From assembly GCA_964513145.1 (NCBI GenBank), contig CAZELK010000006.1, positions 2,051 through 66,050 on the forward strand: a stretch of 64,000 nt of DNA. Reading direction: 5' to 3'. Position numbers and translations under genes: made by a program. Positions 1 through 9,568 of the stretch are shown here, piece after piece. The stretch comes from Candidatus Woesearchaeota archaeon. Lineage in GTDB: Archaea; Nanobdellota; Nanobdellia; SCGC-AAA011-G17; JACPIM01. How positions within the stretch are numbered: the first letter of the stretch is position 1; every line of letters begins with the position of its first letter. The notes under the pieces are model-generated. The model was given only the letters and a program-made list of their open reading frames with translations, was not told where the DNA came from and searched no databases.

Positions 1-1
1 A

Positions 2-577
2 AAAATTGGAATTAAAAAGTTCTTAGATGAACAGCAATTTCAAAATAAAATTGAAGAGAAGAGACATGTTTCCCATTCTTACTACATAATTGGATTTAAA
101 ACAATAACAATAGACAATAATGAAAGTTATGCTTTAGATTTAATAAGCGCTATTTTAGGTTATGGCCAGAGTTCAAGATTATTTAATGAAATTAGAACAA
201 AAAGGGGTTTATCTTATAATACTGGTGCAATACATGAATGCAATAAAAATTATGGATATTTTGCTGCTTATGTGAGCACAGAACATAAAAATGTCAAACT
301 ATGCAGAGAATTAATATTAAAAGAATTTAAACTTAAAAGTTTAACTGAAAAAGAAGTTGAAGATGCAAAAATTTTTTTAGAGGGAACAATTTTATTAAGA
401 AATGAAGACACCAAAGAACTGGCTGTTTCTTTAGGACACTGGGAATATTATAAAAATGATGCCAAACAGTTCTATGAGTATATTAAAAAAATCAAAAAAG
501 TTTCAAAAGAAGATATTTTAAGAATTTCTAAAAAATATTTCACTGGAAAATATACTGAAATATTACTTCATAATTAA
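2..577 (+). CDS. Peptidase M16 (insulinase-like) family protein, C-terminal part; 5' end lies outside the window
   Basis: Open frame from position 2 with no stop before 575-577. Contains the M16 C-terminal-domain motif ...GYGQSSRLFNEIRTKRGLSYNTGA... (compare LGGGMSSRLFQELREKRGLAYSV). The ORF track shows only the Met-initiated tail 272..577. Confidence 0.6.
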   Translation, partial: KIGIKKFLDEQQFQNKIEEKRHVSHSYYIIGFKTITIDNNESYALDLISAILGYGQSSRLFNEIRTKRGLSYNTGAIHECNKNYGYFAAYVSTEHKNVKLCRELILKEFKLKSLTEKEVEDAKIFLEGTILLRNEDTKELAVSLGHWEYYKNDAKQFYEYIKKIKKVSKEDILRISKKYFTGKYTEILLHN

Positions 578-900
578 GTTTGTTTTTTATAAACAAGTTC
601 CCTAATTGGTGTGTTAAATTCTGCCTCAAAAAAAGCCTTATCTACTATCTTCTGGTATGATATTTTATTATCATAAAGAACAATTTGAGAACCTGAAGCA
701 AACAAAACAAGATTTCTACTATTGTATCCAGTCAAGAAATCCCTAGACTCCAAATCATTAGCACCAGGCTCAAAAGATATTATTTCACCTTTTGCAAAAT
801 GCTTTGAAGCTTCTAATGAAACTTTTAATCTGACTTCTAAAGGCATATTTGTCATTTTAAGGAGTATATCTAACCATAGTTCTTGGAAAAGCGATTGCAT
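574..900 (-). CDS. hypothetical protein (108 aa)
   Basis: ORF in the track. Convergent with the M16 gene (4-nt stop overlap) and overlaps the asnS 3' end by 44 nt. No recognisable motif. Confidence 0.3.
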   Translation of the reverse strand: MQSLFQELWLDILLKMTNMPLEVRLKVSLEASKHFAKGEIISFEPGANDLESRDFLTGYNSRNLVLFASGSQIVLYDNKISYQKIVDKAFFEAEFNTPIRELVYKKQT

Positions 901-2149
901 CTTTAATATTATCTAATTTGCAAACCCAAGCAATAATTCTTTCTACACCCATACCAAAACCAGAATGAGGTATAGAACCATATTTTCTTAAATCCAAGTA
1001 CCAAGTATAATTTTTTGGGTTTTCTCCCTGCTGTTTTAACCTTGATTCTATTTTTTCTGGATCTGTTTCTCTTTCAGATCCGCCTATTACCTCGCCATAA
1101 CCTTCTGGAGCCAGACAATCAAAACCAAGAACTGTTTTTGGATTTTTTTCATCTTCCTTCATATAAAAGGCTTTAATTTCCTTTGGGTATTTTGTAACAA
1201 AAATTGGGGTATCAAATAAAGCAACGATTTTTTCTTCTTCTATTGTTCTTAGATCTTTGCCCCATTTTACTTTCATATTTTGTTTTTTATCTAATAATTC
1301 CAGGGCTTCATCATAAGTTATTCTTGGGAATTTCTTTTCCAAAGTTGGCTTTAATTTTTCAATATTCCTTTCCAACACTTTTAATTCTTCAATATTCTTT
1401 TCCAGAACTGTTTTTACTATGTGTTTAATCAAGCCTTCAGCAAGATCCATTAAATCAGTAAAATGCAACCATGCAGCTTCAACTTCAGCATGCCAATATT
1501 CTGTTAAATGCCTTGAAGTTTTTGATCTTTCTGCCCTGAATGACGGGGCTATGCAATAAATTCTCTCGAGTGAAAATATTACTGCTTCTGCATACAATTG
1601 CCAAGACTGAGTCAGGTACATTGGCTTTCCAAAATAATCAACTTTAAACAATGTTGAGCCGCCTTCACAAGCATTTGGAGTAAATGATGGACTTTGATGT
1701 TCAAAATAATTATTTTTTCTAAAATATTCATGTATTGATCCAAATACTGTGCTTCTTATTTTTAATATCGCATTTAGTCTTCTTGACCTTAACCACAAAT
1801 GCCTGTTATCTAAAAGTAGTTCTTCGCTTTGATCTTTATTAATCGGAAAAACATCTGCAAAACCAACTACATTTAATTTTGATACCTGAATTTCATAACC
1901 AGTTACAGCCCTTTTATCTTCTTTTATTTCACCTTCAATTTCAACTGAACTTTCAATCAACAATTTGTTTGCGTCAGCCCATTCTTTTTCTGAAACATTG
2001 TCTTTTTTTACAACTGTTTGAATTATGTTAGATGAATCTCTTATTATCAAAAAAACAAGATCTTTCTGTTTTCTTTCCCTATAAACCCAACCACGGATAT
2101 TTACTGAGCCTTTTTTATTTTCAAGTGCTTCTTTAATAGATATAAACAT
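857..2149 (-). CDS. asnS: Asparaginyl-tRNA synthetase (class IIb)
   Basis: 430 aa. Motif 2 is FRAERSKTSRHLTEYWHAEVEAAW (AsnRS-type RHLxEFW..E.E). Motif 3 is GFGMGVERIIAWVCKLDNIKDAIAFPRT. Has an N-terminal OB anticodon-binding domain. Confidence 0.85.
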   Translation of the reverse strand: MFISIKEALENKKGSVNIRGWVYRERKQKDLVFLIIRDSSNIIQTVVKKDNVSEKEWADANKLLIESSVEIEGEIKEDKRAVTGYEIQVSKLNVVGFADVFPINKDQSEELLLDNRHLWLRSRRLNAILKIRSTVFGSIHEYFRKNNYFEHQSPSFTPNACEGGSTLFKVDYFGKPMYLTQSWQLYAEAVIFSLERIYCIAPSFRAERSKTSRHLTEYWHAEVEAAWLHFTDLMDLAEGLIKHIVKTVLEKNIEELKVLERNIEKLKPTLEKKFPRITYDEALELLDKKQNMKVKWGKDLRTIEEEKIVALFDTPIFVTKYPKEIKAFYMKEDEKNPKTVLGFDCLAPEGYGEVIGGSERETDPEKIESRLKQQGENPKNYTWYLDLRKYGSIPHSGFGMGVERIIAWVCKLDNIKDAIAFPRTMVRYTP

Positions 2150-2181
2150 AGAAATTATTCCTTATTTTAAGTTTAAAAATA

Positions 2182-2586
2182 TTACTTAAATTTTTCAGGC
2201 ACAAAAGCAGCCAGATAATTAGAATTAGTCGAGATTGCATTATTACTAATATGGTCAATATCAAATTTACCTGAACTCCTTTTTGAGTTTTTTTCAGCAT
2301 ATACCAAGTTATCATCAGACTCCAGAATAAGATCAATAGCCAATTGAGAATGCTCTTCTAAAAATGAAAGCTCGTAAAAATCAAATTTTTGGTGTCTTGA
2401 TTTCTTATTTTCTAATGCTGGAAGAATTTTTTTTCTGGTTATTTTTACCTCTTCAGGAAGATTAGAATATGAAAATGTTATGTTGCCATTTTCATCAGCA
2501 ATTACTCTTTCTCCCAAAAGCCTGTAAATACTTTTTCCAAATAATTCTAATTTTATTGTAACTGCCTCTAAAGTAGCTGTTTGCAT
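2182..2586 (-). CDS. hypothetical protein (134 aa), immediately upstream of asnS on the same strand
   Basis: ORF in the track, co-directional with and 33 nt upstream of asnS. No confident family assignment. Confidence 0.45.
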   Translation of the reverse strand: MQTATLEAVTIKLELFGKSIYRLLGERVIADENGNITFSYSNLPEEVKITRKKILPALENKKSRHQKFDFYELSFLEEHSQLAIDLILESDDNLVYAEKNSKRSSGKFDIDHISNNAISTNSNYLAAFVPEKFK

Positions 2587-2620
2587 ATAAAGTTACTAAA
2601 ATCCGAGTTTTTATAGTTAT

Positions 2621-3085
2621 TTATTCAATAAAGTCTTCAATAACTGGGCTAACCAGCTCTAAAAAGTCTATTGTCAACATGATAATGCTTTTTGTCATTA
2701 AACCAGCATTAAATGCTATTTCTTTATTTTTTAACAAAGATTTATCCACAAAGGTTTTTATTTTGAATATATTTCCAAATGGTGGAACTTCACCAGGAAC
2801 ACAATTTGTGACTTTAATTACTTCTTCTTTTGTAGCCAGACTTAGACTTTTTTTATTGATAATTAATCTTAATTTTTTTAGATCTATTTTTTCATTACCA
2901 GGCAAGACACATAAAATAAATTCCCCTTCAGATCTCAAGATTATTGCTTTAGCCCCCTGATCTTCTGTAGTTCCACGAACCCTAGCAGAATCTTTGGATG
3001 TCGGTGTAGGCTCATGATCTAATAATTTATAGCTTATATTTTTAGAGTTTAAAATTTGTTTTATTTCATTAAAAACTGGTTCCAT
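2621..3085 (-). CDS. YbaK/ProX-type aminoacyl-tRNA deacylase (trans-editing domain)
   Basis: 154 aa. Shows the YbaK/EbsC-like pattern (..GAKAIILRSEG.., ..PGEVPPFG..). Confidence 0.65.
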   Translation of the reverse strand: MEPVFNEIKQILNSKNISYKLLDHEPTPTSKDSARVRGTTEDQGAKAIILRSEGEFILCVLPGNEKIDLKKLRLIINKKSLSLATKEEVIKVTNCVPGEVPPFGNIFKIKTFVDKSLLKNKEIAFNAGLMTKSIIMLTIDFLELVSPVIEDFIE

Positions 3086-3143
3086 TTCAAAAAAATTTAA
3101 AACTAGGAAACTTTATAAATATATTTTAGGGAAGAAATATTAA

Positions 3144-3245
3144 GCCCGGGTAGCTCAGACTTTTCCTATATTTAGGAATTGGAGCAACAGGTAGAGCGCA
3201 TGGCTGTTAACCATGAAGTCGGTGGTTCGAGTCCTCCCCTGGGCG
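3144..3245 (+). tRNA. tRNA-Asn (anticodon GTT) with a ~29-nt intron in the D-loop
   Basis: Acceptor stem GCCCGGG/CCTGGGC. D stem GCTC...GAGC is interrupted by ttttcctatatttaggaattggagcaaca. Anticodon arm CATGG-CTGTTAA-CCATG, anticodon GTT. T arm GGTGG-TTCGAGT-CCTCC. Mature length is ~73 nt. Confidence 0.7.
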
Positions 3246-3302
3246 TTTCTCTTAACTGTGATTTATGGCTGTAAAATTTAGAATTTATTAAACATTATGA
3301 TA

Positions 3303-4250
3303 TTATTTGGAATTCTTATTTAACTTATAAACTTTATAGAAACTTACAAGACCTATGATAATCAATATAGTTGCAATTAATATTATATCATTTTGCCTTA
3401 TCCTATAATTAAATATTGTTATGTCAAATATTAAGAATTCAGAAATTAATTTAATTGTCTTTCTTGGAACAAATTCATAAAAACTACCTAAACCCAATGA
3501 TATAATGCCTAATATTAACCATAAAACTTTATTTATTTTTGGGTTGCTATAATTTTCTAGTTTATATGTAATAATAAAATAATAGATAATATTTGAAATT
3601 ATAAAAGCTGAAACAGCGTGAATTAAATCACTTGAAAATAAAAATATCACGATTGCTGCAATTAAACCAAATATAAGACCAGAATATCTCTTTTTAAAAA
3701 ATATAAGACTTATAAGTGATGCAATTACAAAGGCTAAAATTGATGGCGTAATTAAATTAAAAGTCATTAATGCTGCGGCTTCTTCCTCACCAATTCCTTG
3801 CAACTTAAATCTTGATATAATAAAAATTGCATCTAAGGCTAGAGAAGCAAAACTAGCTAAAATAACAAAACTTATTTTCTTTAACCACTCCTCGGCTTTA
3901 ACCAATTTTAAAGCAGAAAAATATGCTATTAACATGAAAAACGAATGCATGAAAAAGAACCAAAACTGTTCATCAACACGAAATAATTCCCTGTTAATAG
4001 TTGGGTTTGCAAATAAATAATAAATATAAAAAATAAATGGGCCAGAAATGCTTGTTACTATTCCTTCTTCTTTTCCTTTGCCTATAAATTGCGCTATTAA
4101 AAATACTGTTAGAAATATAAGTGTTAATTTTATTGCAACATAATTAAGATGAACAGCCCAATCAGTTGCCAAATGATAAGCAATGTCTAAACCATTCATA
4201 ACCAGAGTTATTAATATAGAAAAAATAATGTTTGAATATAATTTATTCAT
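3303..4250 (-). CDS. polytopic integral membrane protein, function unknown
   Basis: 315 aa, roughly 9 hydrophobic segments. No catalytic motif recognised. Confidence 0.55.
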   Translation of the reverse strand: MNKLYSNIIFSILITLVMNGLDIAYHLATDWAVHLNYVAIKLTLIFLTVFLIAQFIGKGKEEGIVTSISGPFIFYIYYLFANPTINRELFRVDEQFWFFFMHSFFMLIAYFSALKLVKAEEWLKKISFVILASFASLALDAIFIISRFKLQGIGEEEAAALMTFNLITPSILAFVIASLISLIFFKKRYSGLIFGLIAAIVIFLFSSDLIHAVSAFIISNIIYYFIITYKLENYSNPKINKVLWLILGIISLGLGSFYEFVPRKTIKLISEFLIFDITIFNYRIRQNDIILIATILIIIGLVSFYKVYKLNKNSK

Positions 4251-4251
4251 T

Positions 4252-4656
4252 TTACTCTATAATTATTGAGCCTTTCATTGATGTGTGAATACCACATATA
4301 TAATCTACTTTACCTGGCTTGTCAAATGTAAAAGAAACAGTATCTCCTGTTTGTAGTTCATCTGATGTTAATGAGCCATCCACAGATTCAACTGTATGAG
4401 TTGCGCTGTCTTCATTTCTCCATGTAACTGTTGTACCTGGCTTAATACGAAGCTCATTTGGCACAAATTTAAAACCTTTTATTATAACTTGCGCATTATC
4501 TCCACCAGCACTTACTCCTTTTGTGTCGCCTTTTTTCTCGACATCAACTGGCTGAGAAATTTGCTCTTGAGTATTTGGTTGATCAGAACTTTTGCAGCCA
4601 GATATTAAGATGGCTGACACTAAGAGAATAATTAAAACTAAAAATATCTTTTTCAT
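4252..4656 (-). CDS. Blue-copper (cupredoxin, plastocyanin/amicyanin-like) lipoprotein
   Basis: Signal peptide plus lipobox LISGC. Type-1 Cu ligands H (SATHTVE) and C-x2-H-x2-M (YICGIHTSMKG). Confidence 0.75.
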   Translation of the reverse strand: MKKIFLVLIILLVSAILISGCKSSDQPNTQEQISQPVDVEKKGDTKGVSAGGDNAQVIIKGFKFVPNELRIKPGTTVTWRNEDSATHTVESVDGSLTSDELQTGDTVSFTFDKPGKVDYICGIHTSMKGSIIIE

Positions 4657-4691
4657 AAATGACTTTTTATATTTTAAATATATAAATCTTT

Positions 4692-5054
4692 TTAATTTTG
4701 GCTTTGACGCAATTCAACTTTATATTCCAAGACTTCGCCAAAATCGCGGCCCTTTAAAATATTAATCTTTTCTACAGCTTCTCTTGAATTTCTTTTTCTC
4801 TGTTCTACAAAAGACTCAAAAATAAGCCTGTCTCTTCCAGATAAATTTGAAAATAACCCCCTATTTATATAATCCAAGAATGATAAGTATGCTGCATTAA
4901 TTGGTGTTAAACCTGGCTGGGCAACAATATTAGTTGAATATAAAACTATTTCTGAACCGTTTATATCTGCACAGATGTGTGTATTATATACTTCTGTTTC
5001 TGCAAGAGAAACTTCTATTTTTGCCTCAAACTTTTGCGTCTTTGGTTTTGCCAT
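4692..5054 (-). CDS. hypothetical protein (120 aa)
   Basis: ORF in the track, no overlaps. No recognised motif. Confidence 0.5.
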   Translation of the reverse strand: MAKPKTQKFEAKIEVSLAETEVYNTHICADINGSEIVLYSTNIVAQPGLTPINAAYLSFLDYINRGLFSNLSGRDRLIFESFVEQRKRNSREAVEKINILKGRDFGEVLEYKVELRQSQN

Positions 5055-5254
5055 AAAATAACCAAATGCAATAGTTTTTTATATCTATCCCTTTAAATTA
5101 TTACAATTATTGTACCTTTCATTTCTTGGTGAATACTGCAATGATAATAATATTTTCCTAGCTTATAAAAATAGTTTAATATAAAAAAATAAGCAGTCTT
5201 AATTGATACAACTTAAACAAAGTTTTTTTATAGTGCTAATTTATACTTAATATT

Positions 5255-5995
5255 ATGTTTGTAAATAATATAGATCCAGTATTATTTAAAATCGGATTTT
5301 TTGAAATAAGATATTATGGATTAGTTTATCTTCTTGGATTTTTACTTGTTTTTTACACTTTAAAGAAAAATAAAAAGGAATTAAATTTAACTGATGATAA
5401 TATTTATGATTTACTTTTATATTTATTCTTTGGCGTTATTTTTGGTGCGAGATTATTTTATTTTATTTTTGATGAGCCCTTTACATTAATTAATGAACCA
5501 TTAGAATTTTTTAAAATATGGCATGGGGGCATGAGTTTTTTTGGCAGCTTAATCGGAGTCTTATTATCCGGGTTTTTTTACTGCAAAAGAAAGCAAATTG
5601 ATTTTTTTAAACTTGGCGATTATTTAGTTATTCCAACCACGATTGCCTTAATTTTTGGCAGAATTGCAAATTTTATTAACGGGGAAATTGTCGGCACAGT
5701 TACAAATTTACCTTGGTGTGTCTTGTTTGAAGGTTATTCTGACTGCAGGCACCCTTATCAAATTTATGCTTCTTTTTCCCATTTTATTTTATTGTTAATT
5801 TTATTTAGAACTAGAAAAATAAAAACTAAAAACGGAGTTTTGTTAATTAACTTTATTATTTTTTATTCTGTTTTAAGAGTTATCACTGATTTCTTTAGAG
5901 ATGAGCCAAAATTTTTTGGCTTAACAATATGGCAGTTATTTAGCATAGTATTTGCAATAATTGGTTTAATAGTTTATAAGAGAATCAAAAAATAA
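5255..5995 (+). CDS. lgt: Prolipoprotein diacylglyceryl transferase (bacterial-type Lgt)
   Basis: 246 aa, multi-TM. Lgt signature GRIANFINGEIVG (compare GRIGNFINGEL) plus the conserved H/W/Y pattern. Lipobox proteins occur elsewhere in the window. Confidence 0.7.
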   Translation: MFVNNIDPVLFKIGFFEIRYYGLVYLLGFLLVFYTLKKNKKELNLTDDNIYDLLLYLFFGVIFGARLFYFIFDEPFTLINEPLEFFKIWHGGMSFFGSLIGVLLSGFFYCKRKQIDFFKLGDYLVIPTTIALIFGRIANFINGEIVGTVTNLPWCVLFEGYSDCRHPYQIYASFSHFILLLILFRTRKIKTKNGVLLINFIIFYSVLRVITDFFRDEPKFFGLTIWQLFSIVFAIIGLIVYKRIKK

Positions 5996-6266
5996 AATTC
6001 TGAACCCTGACTAAAGACTCTAAAAGACCGACTTTATCTGAACCTAGTTCATCTACAGCTTGCTCTGATATGGTTAATGAATAAAATATACACTTACAGC
6101 GATTTTCTTGAAAAATTTTGTTTATTTCTCTTTTTAATTCTTCATAAGAGATGTGGATAGTAAGGGCTTTACTTGCTTCTCTACTCTCGCCTTTAATAAG
6201 ACCAGTGATTTTTCCCAATGTATAATTAGTTCTTGGTTCATAATCAATTTTAAGTTCCATTGTCAT
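5985..6266 (-). CDS. hypothetical protein (93 aa)
   Basis: ORF in the track. Divergent from gatC with a shared promoter region. Confidence 0.4.
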   Translation of the reverse strand: MTMELKIDYEPRTNYTLGKITGLIKGESREASKALTIHISYEELKREINKIFQENRCKCIFYSLTISEQAVDELGSDKVGLLESLVRVQNFIF

Positions 6267-6349
6267 GCTAATCCGATTTATGGCTTATTTATATTATTTT
6301 CTGTTTAGGATAAGATTTTAATACCCCTTGCAATTAATTTAAAACTAAT

Positions 6350-6634
6350 ATGAAGATCGATAGAGAGCTTATAGAAAAAGTAGCCAAAATATCCAGATTA
6401 AATTTAAAAGACGAAGAGAAAGAACAATTTATTAAAGATTTTAAAGACATAATTGATACTCTCTCCAAATTAAACAAAATTAATACTGACAATGTTGAGT
6501 TAAGTGTCCAACCTGTTAGAGTTGAAAATGTTTTTCGAGAAGATAATATAGAAAAAAGTTTAGATGAAAAAGAAATATTTCTAAATGCCAAGCACAAAGA
6601 AAAAGGATTTTTTAAAGGACCAAAGATTTTATGA
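6350..6634 (+). CDS. gatC: Asp/Glu-tRNA amidotransferase subunit C
   Basis: 94 aa. First gene of gatC-gatA-gatB, overlapping gatA by 4 nt. Typical GatC N-terminus (..VAKISRLNLKDEEKEQF..). Confidence 0.75.
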   Translation: MKIDRELIEKVAKISRLNLKDEEKEQFIKDFKDIIDTLSKLNKINTDNVELSVQPVRVENVFREDNIEKSLDEKEIFLNAKHKEKGFFKGPKIL

Positions 6635-7953
6635 AAACTGAAGAAGCTATAAATGAAGCAAGAGAATTAAATAAAAAATATAATTTCTTTATTACAATTA
6701 ATGAGAATCTTTTTAATGAAAAAGCTTTGCCAAAAAATGAAACTAAGATTATTTCTGTTAAAGATAATATTTGCACAAAGGGATTAAGAACAACAGCGGG
6801 ATCTAAAATTTTAGAAGATTATTATCCTGTTTTTGATGCGACTGTAATTGAACTGGCAGGGAAAAAAGGATATTCTATAATTGGAAAAACTAGCATGGAT
6901 GAGTTTGGTTTTGGAAGTTTTTCTACAAATTGCGCTTATGAAATACCAAAAAACCCCTTGGATGAAACTAAAACTTGTGGGGGTAGTTCTGGTGGCGGGG
7001 CTGGTTATACTTATGCCAGCAAATTTAGTGCTGCTTCTATAGCTGAAAGCACTGGGGGGAGCATATCTTGTCCAGCTGCATTTTGCAGTGTTGTTGGGAT
7101 TACACCAACATACGGGTTAATTTCCAGACATGGATTAATTGATTATGCCAATTCCCTAGATAAAATTGGTGTTTTTGGCAAATCTGTAAATGATAGTGTC
7201 AGACTATTAAATTCTATTTCTGGTTTTGATGAAAAAGACAGTACCTCTATTAATAAGGAAAAAGAAAATTATGAAAATTATCTTGGAAAAGATTGCAAAA
7301 AATTAAAAATAGGAATTATAAAAGAATTTTGTTCTGGATTAAATAAAAATGTTGAAAAAGAATTTTGGAATGGGGTGAAAAAGTTAGAGGACAACGGCAT
7401 AAAAACCAAAGAAGTTTCTTTTAAATCCAGTGATTTGTGTTTAAGCACTTATTATATTATAGCAATGTGTGAAGCGTCTACAAATTTAGCTAAATATTGC
7501 GGCATAAGATATGGCATGAGCAAAGAATTGAAAGGAACTTTTAATGAATATTTTTCTTCAATAAGAGAAGAATTTTTAGGAAAAGAAGCCAAGAGAAGAA
7601 TTTTATTAGGCACTTTTATGAGGATGGCTGGATATAGGGAAGCTTATTATATTAAGGCTTTAAAATTAAGAACTTTGATTACGCAGGAATTTAAAAAATT
7701 ATTCAAAGAATTTGATGTTTTGTTAACTCCAACAATGCCAATATTACCACCAAAGTTTTCGGATATAAAAAAATTAACTCCTTTAGAAAATTATATGAGT
7801 GATGTTTTAACTGTTGGACCGAATTTGTGCGGTTTCCCAATGATTTCAGTACCTGTATTAAAAAATAAACCAGTTGGTTTGCATTTTATTGCAGATCATT
7901 TGCAGGAAAATAAAATAATAAGCATTGGAGATTTTTATGAAAGAGTCAGATAA
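6631..7953 (+). CDS. gatA: Asp/Glu-tRNA amidotransferase subunit A (amidase signature family)
   Basis: 440 aa. Amidase signature GGSSGGGAG and Ser-cisSer-Lys context. Confidence 0.9.
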   Translation: MKTEEAINEARELNKKYNFFITINENLFNEKALPKNETKIISVKDNICTKGLRTTAGSKILEDYYPVFDATVIELAGKKGYSIIGKTSMDEFGFGSFSTNCAYEIPKNPLDETKTCGGSSGGGAGYTYASKFSAASIAESTGGSISCPAAFCSVVGITPTYGLISRHGLIDYANSLDKIGVFGKSVNDSVRLLNSISGFDEKDSTSINKEKENYENYLGKDCKKLKIGIIKEFCSGLNKNVEKEFWNGVKKLEDNGIKTKEVSFKSSDLCLSTYYIIAMCEASTNLAKYCGIRYGMSKELKGTFNEYFSSIREEFLGKEAKRRILLGTFMRMAGYREAYYIKALKLRTLITQEFKKLFKEFDVLLTPTMPILPPKFSDIKKLTPLENYMSDVLTVGPNLCGFPMISVPVLKNKPVGLHFIADHLQENKIISIGDFYERVR

Positions 7954-9328
7954 TGCTAAAATAGGCTTAGAAATTCATTTGCAATTATATTTAAAGAGCA
8001 AGCTATTTTGCGGATGTTCGAGTGATTCCAGCAAACCCAATTCATCCTTATGTCCACTTTGTTTGGGACATCCTGGAAGCAAGCCAGTAATCAATAACAA
8101 AGCAATTGAATTAGGAATTAAATTGGGATTGGCTTTAAATTGTACAATAAATAAAGAAAATTACTTTTCAAGAAAAACTTATTTTTACCCAGACATGAGC
8201 AAAAATTATCAAATAACACAATATGAATATCCTTTATGCATAAATGGACATGTCAGATTTAAAGATAAAATAATCAGAATAAAGAGAATTCATTTGGAAG
8301 AGGATCCGGCTTCTATACAATATCCAAAAACTATTTCTGATTCTGAATATTGCTTAATTGATTATAACAGATCTGGGGTTGCTTTATGTGAAATTGTTAC
8401 AGAACCTGATTTAACTTCTGCTCAAGAAGCCAGGGAATTTCTAGAACAATTAGCAACTATAATTGATTACCTAGAAATTTATGACTCTAAAAAATTTACA
8501 ACAAGGGTTGATGCTAATGTTTCATTGCCAGGAACAAAAAGGGTTGAGATAAAAAATATTACTGGATTTAAAGCTGTAGAAAAGGCAATCGGGTTTGAAA
8601 TTTTAAGGCAGAAAGGCAAATTAAGAAGAAATGAAGAATTTAAACAAGAAACAATGCATTATGATTCTTTTAGCAATAAAGTAATCCCATTAAGAGAAAA
8701 AGAATTTGAAGAAGATTATGGATATATTTTTGATCCTGACTTGCCGAAGATTGTTGTTGAAGAAAAATTAATCAAAAAAATTAAAGAAACTATACCAGAA
8801 CTACCAACTGAGAAAATTGAAAGATTAATTGAAAAATATAAAATTAGTGCAAATACAGCCAGTATTCTGGCTTCTGAAAGAGAAATTTGCGACTTGTTCG
8901 AAGAAAGTGTTAAAAAAATTGACAAAGAACTAGCTATAAATTTTATTACAGTTACATTAAAGAAAGTCCTTAATTATAATAATTTGAAATTAAAAGACAG
9001 CAAATTGACTTTGGATAATTTTATTAATTTATTAAAATTAATTGGAAAAAAAGATTTAACATCAAGGATGGGTGATTTATTGCTGAGAAGACTTGTTTTG
9101 AGCAATAAAAATACTGATGAATTAATTAAAGAACTAGGTTTTAAAAAAATAGAGAATTTTGACAAGGCTGTTGATACTATATTGATCAAAAATAAAAAAT
9201 CTGTTGAAGATTATAAAATGGGAAATTCCAAGGCTTTACATTTCTTAATCGGACAAATTTTAAGGGAATTAAAAGACAAAGCAGACCCAAAAAGCATTGA
9301 GAAAAAAATATTAGAAAAAATAAAATAA
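7925..9328 (+). CDS. gatB: Asp/Glu-tRNA amidotransferase subunit B
   Basis: 467 aa. N-terminal GLEIHLQL...KLFCGC. GatB-type cradle (..DYNRSGVALCEIVTEPD..). C-terminal YqeY-like tail. The start could instead be the internal Met at 7937. Confidence 0.85.
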   Translation: MEIFMKESDNAKIGLEIHLQLYLKSKLFCGCSSDSSKPNSSLCPLCLGHPGSKPVINNKAIELGIKLGLALNCTINKENYFSRKTYFYPDMSKNYQITQYEYPLCINGHVRFKDKIIRIKRIHLEEDPASIQYPKTISDSEYCLIDYNRSGVALCEIVTEPDLTSAQEAREFLEQLATIIDYLEIYDSKKFTTRVDANVSLPGTKRVEIKNITGFKAVEKAIGFEILRQKGKLRRNEEFKQETMHYDSFSNKVIPLREKEFEEDYGYIFDPDLPKIVVEEKLIKKIKETIPELPTEKIERLIEKYKISANTASILASEREICDLFEESVKKIDKELAINFITVTLKKVLNYNNLKLKDSKLTLDNFINLLKLIGKKDLTSRMGDLLLRRLVLSNKNTDELIKELGFKKIENFDKAVDTILIKNKKSVEDYKMGNSKALHFLIGQILRELKDKADPKSIEKKILEKIK

Positions 9329-9331
9329 AAA

Positions 9332-9550
9332 TTACCTTCGTTTAGAAGGTTTTTCCATACCCATACATGCCTGACATTCTGGGCAGTGGCACATTGCTAC
9401 TGATCCGAATCCAATTAGCAAAAATAAAACTGACCACCACTGGATATTCCAAAAAGTCCATACATTAAGGTCTTTTAATAAAAATAAGACACCAACAACT
9501 AAAAATAGAACACCACATAGCTTTCTACATTTTTTACATCCCATCATCAT
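9332..9550 (-). CDS. small membrane protein with Cys cluster (72 aa), hypothetical
   Basis: Two TM helices plus the motif CHCPECQAC. Confidence 0.35.
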   Translation of the reverse strand: MMMGCKKCRKLCGVLFLVVGVLFLLKDLNVWTFWNIQWWSVLFLLIGFGSVAMCHCPECQACMGMEKPSKRR

Positions 9551-9568
9551 TTTACATATCCTCCTTTT

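Noticed and set aside
722-916. Short shadow ORFs within or antisense to confident genes (722..916, 1204..1428, 2133..2336, 2679..2960, 4396..4608, 6334..6597, 8716..8925, 8974..9189, 9936..10130, 13333..13747, 16638..16874, 18538..18988, 21146..22054, 22663..23227, 31955..32335, 38889..39302, 44579..44890, 45563..45793, 46528..46938, 48252..48464, 52386..52586, 52865..53440, 53590..53892, 54701..54997, 58509..58853, 59753..60683).
   Set aside because: Each lies entirely inside a larger, motif-supported CDS on the other strand or frame. Their products are low-complexity and typical of AT-rich shadow frames.
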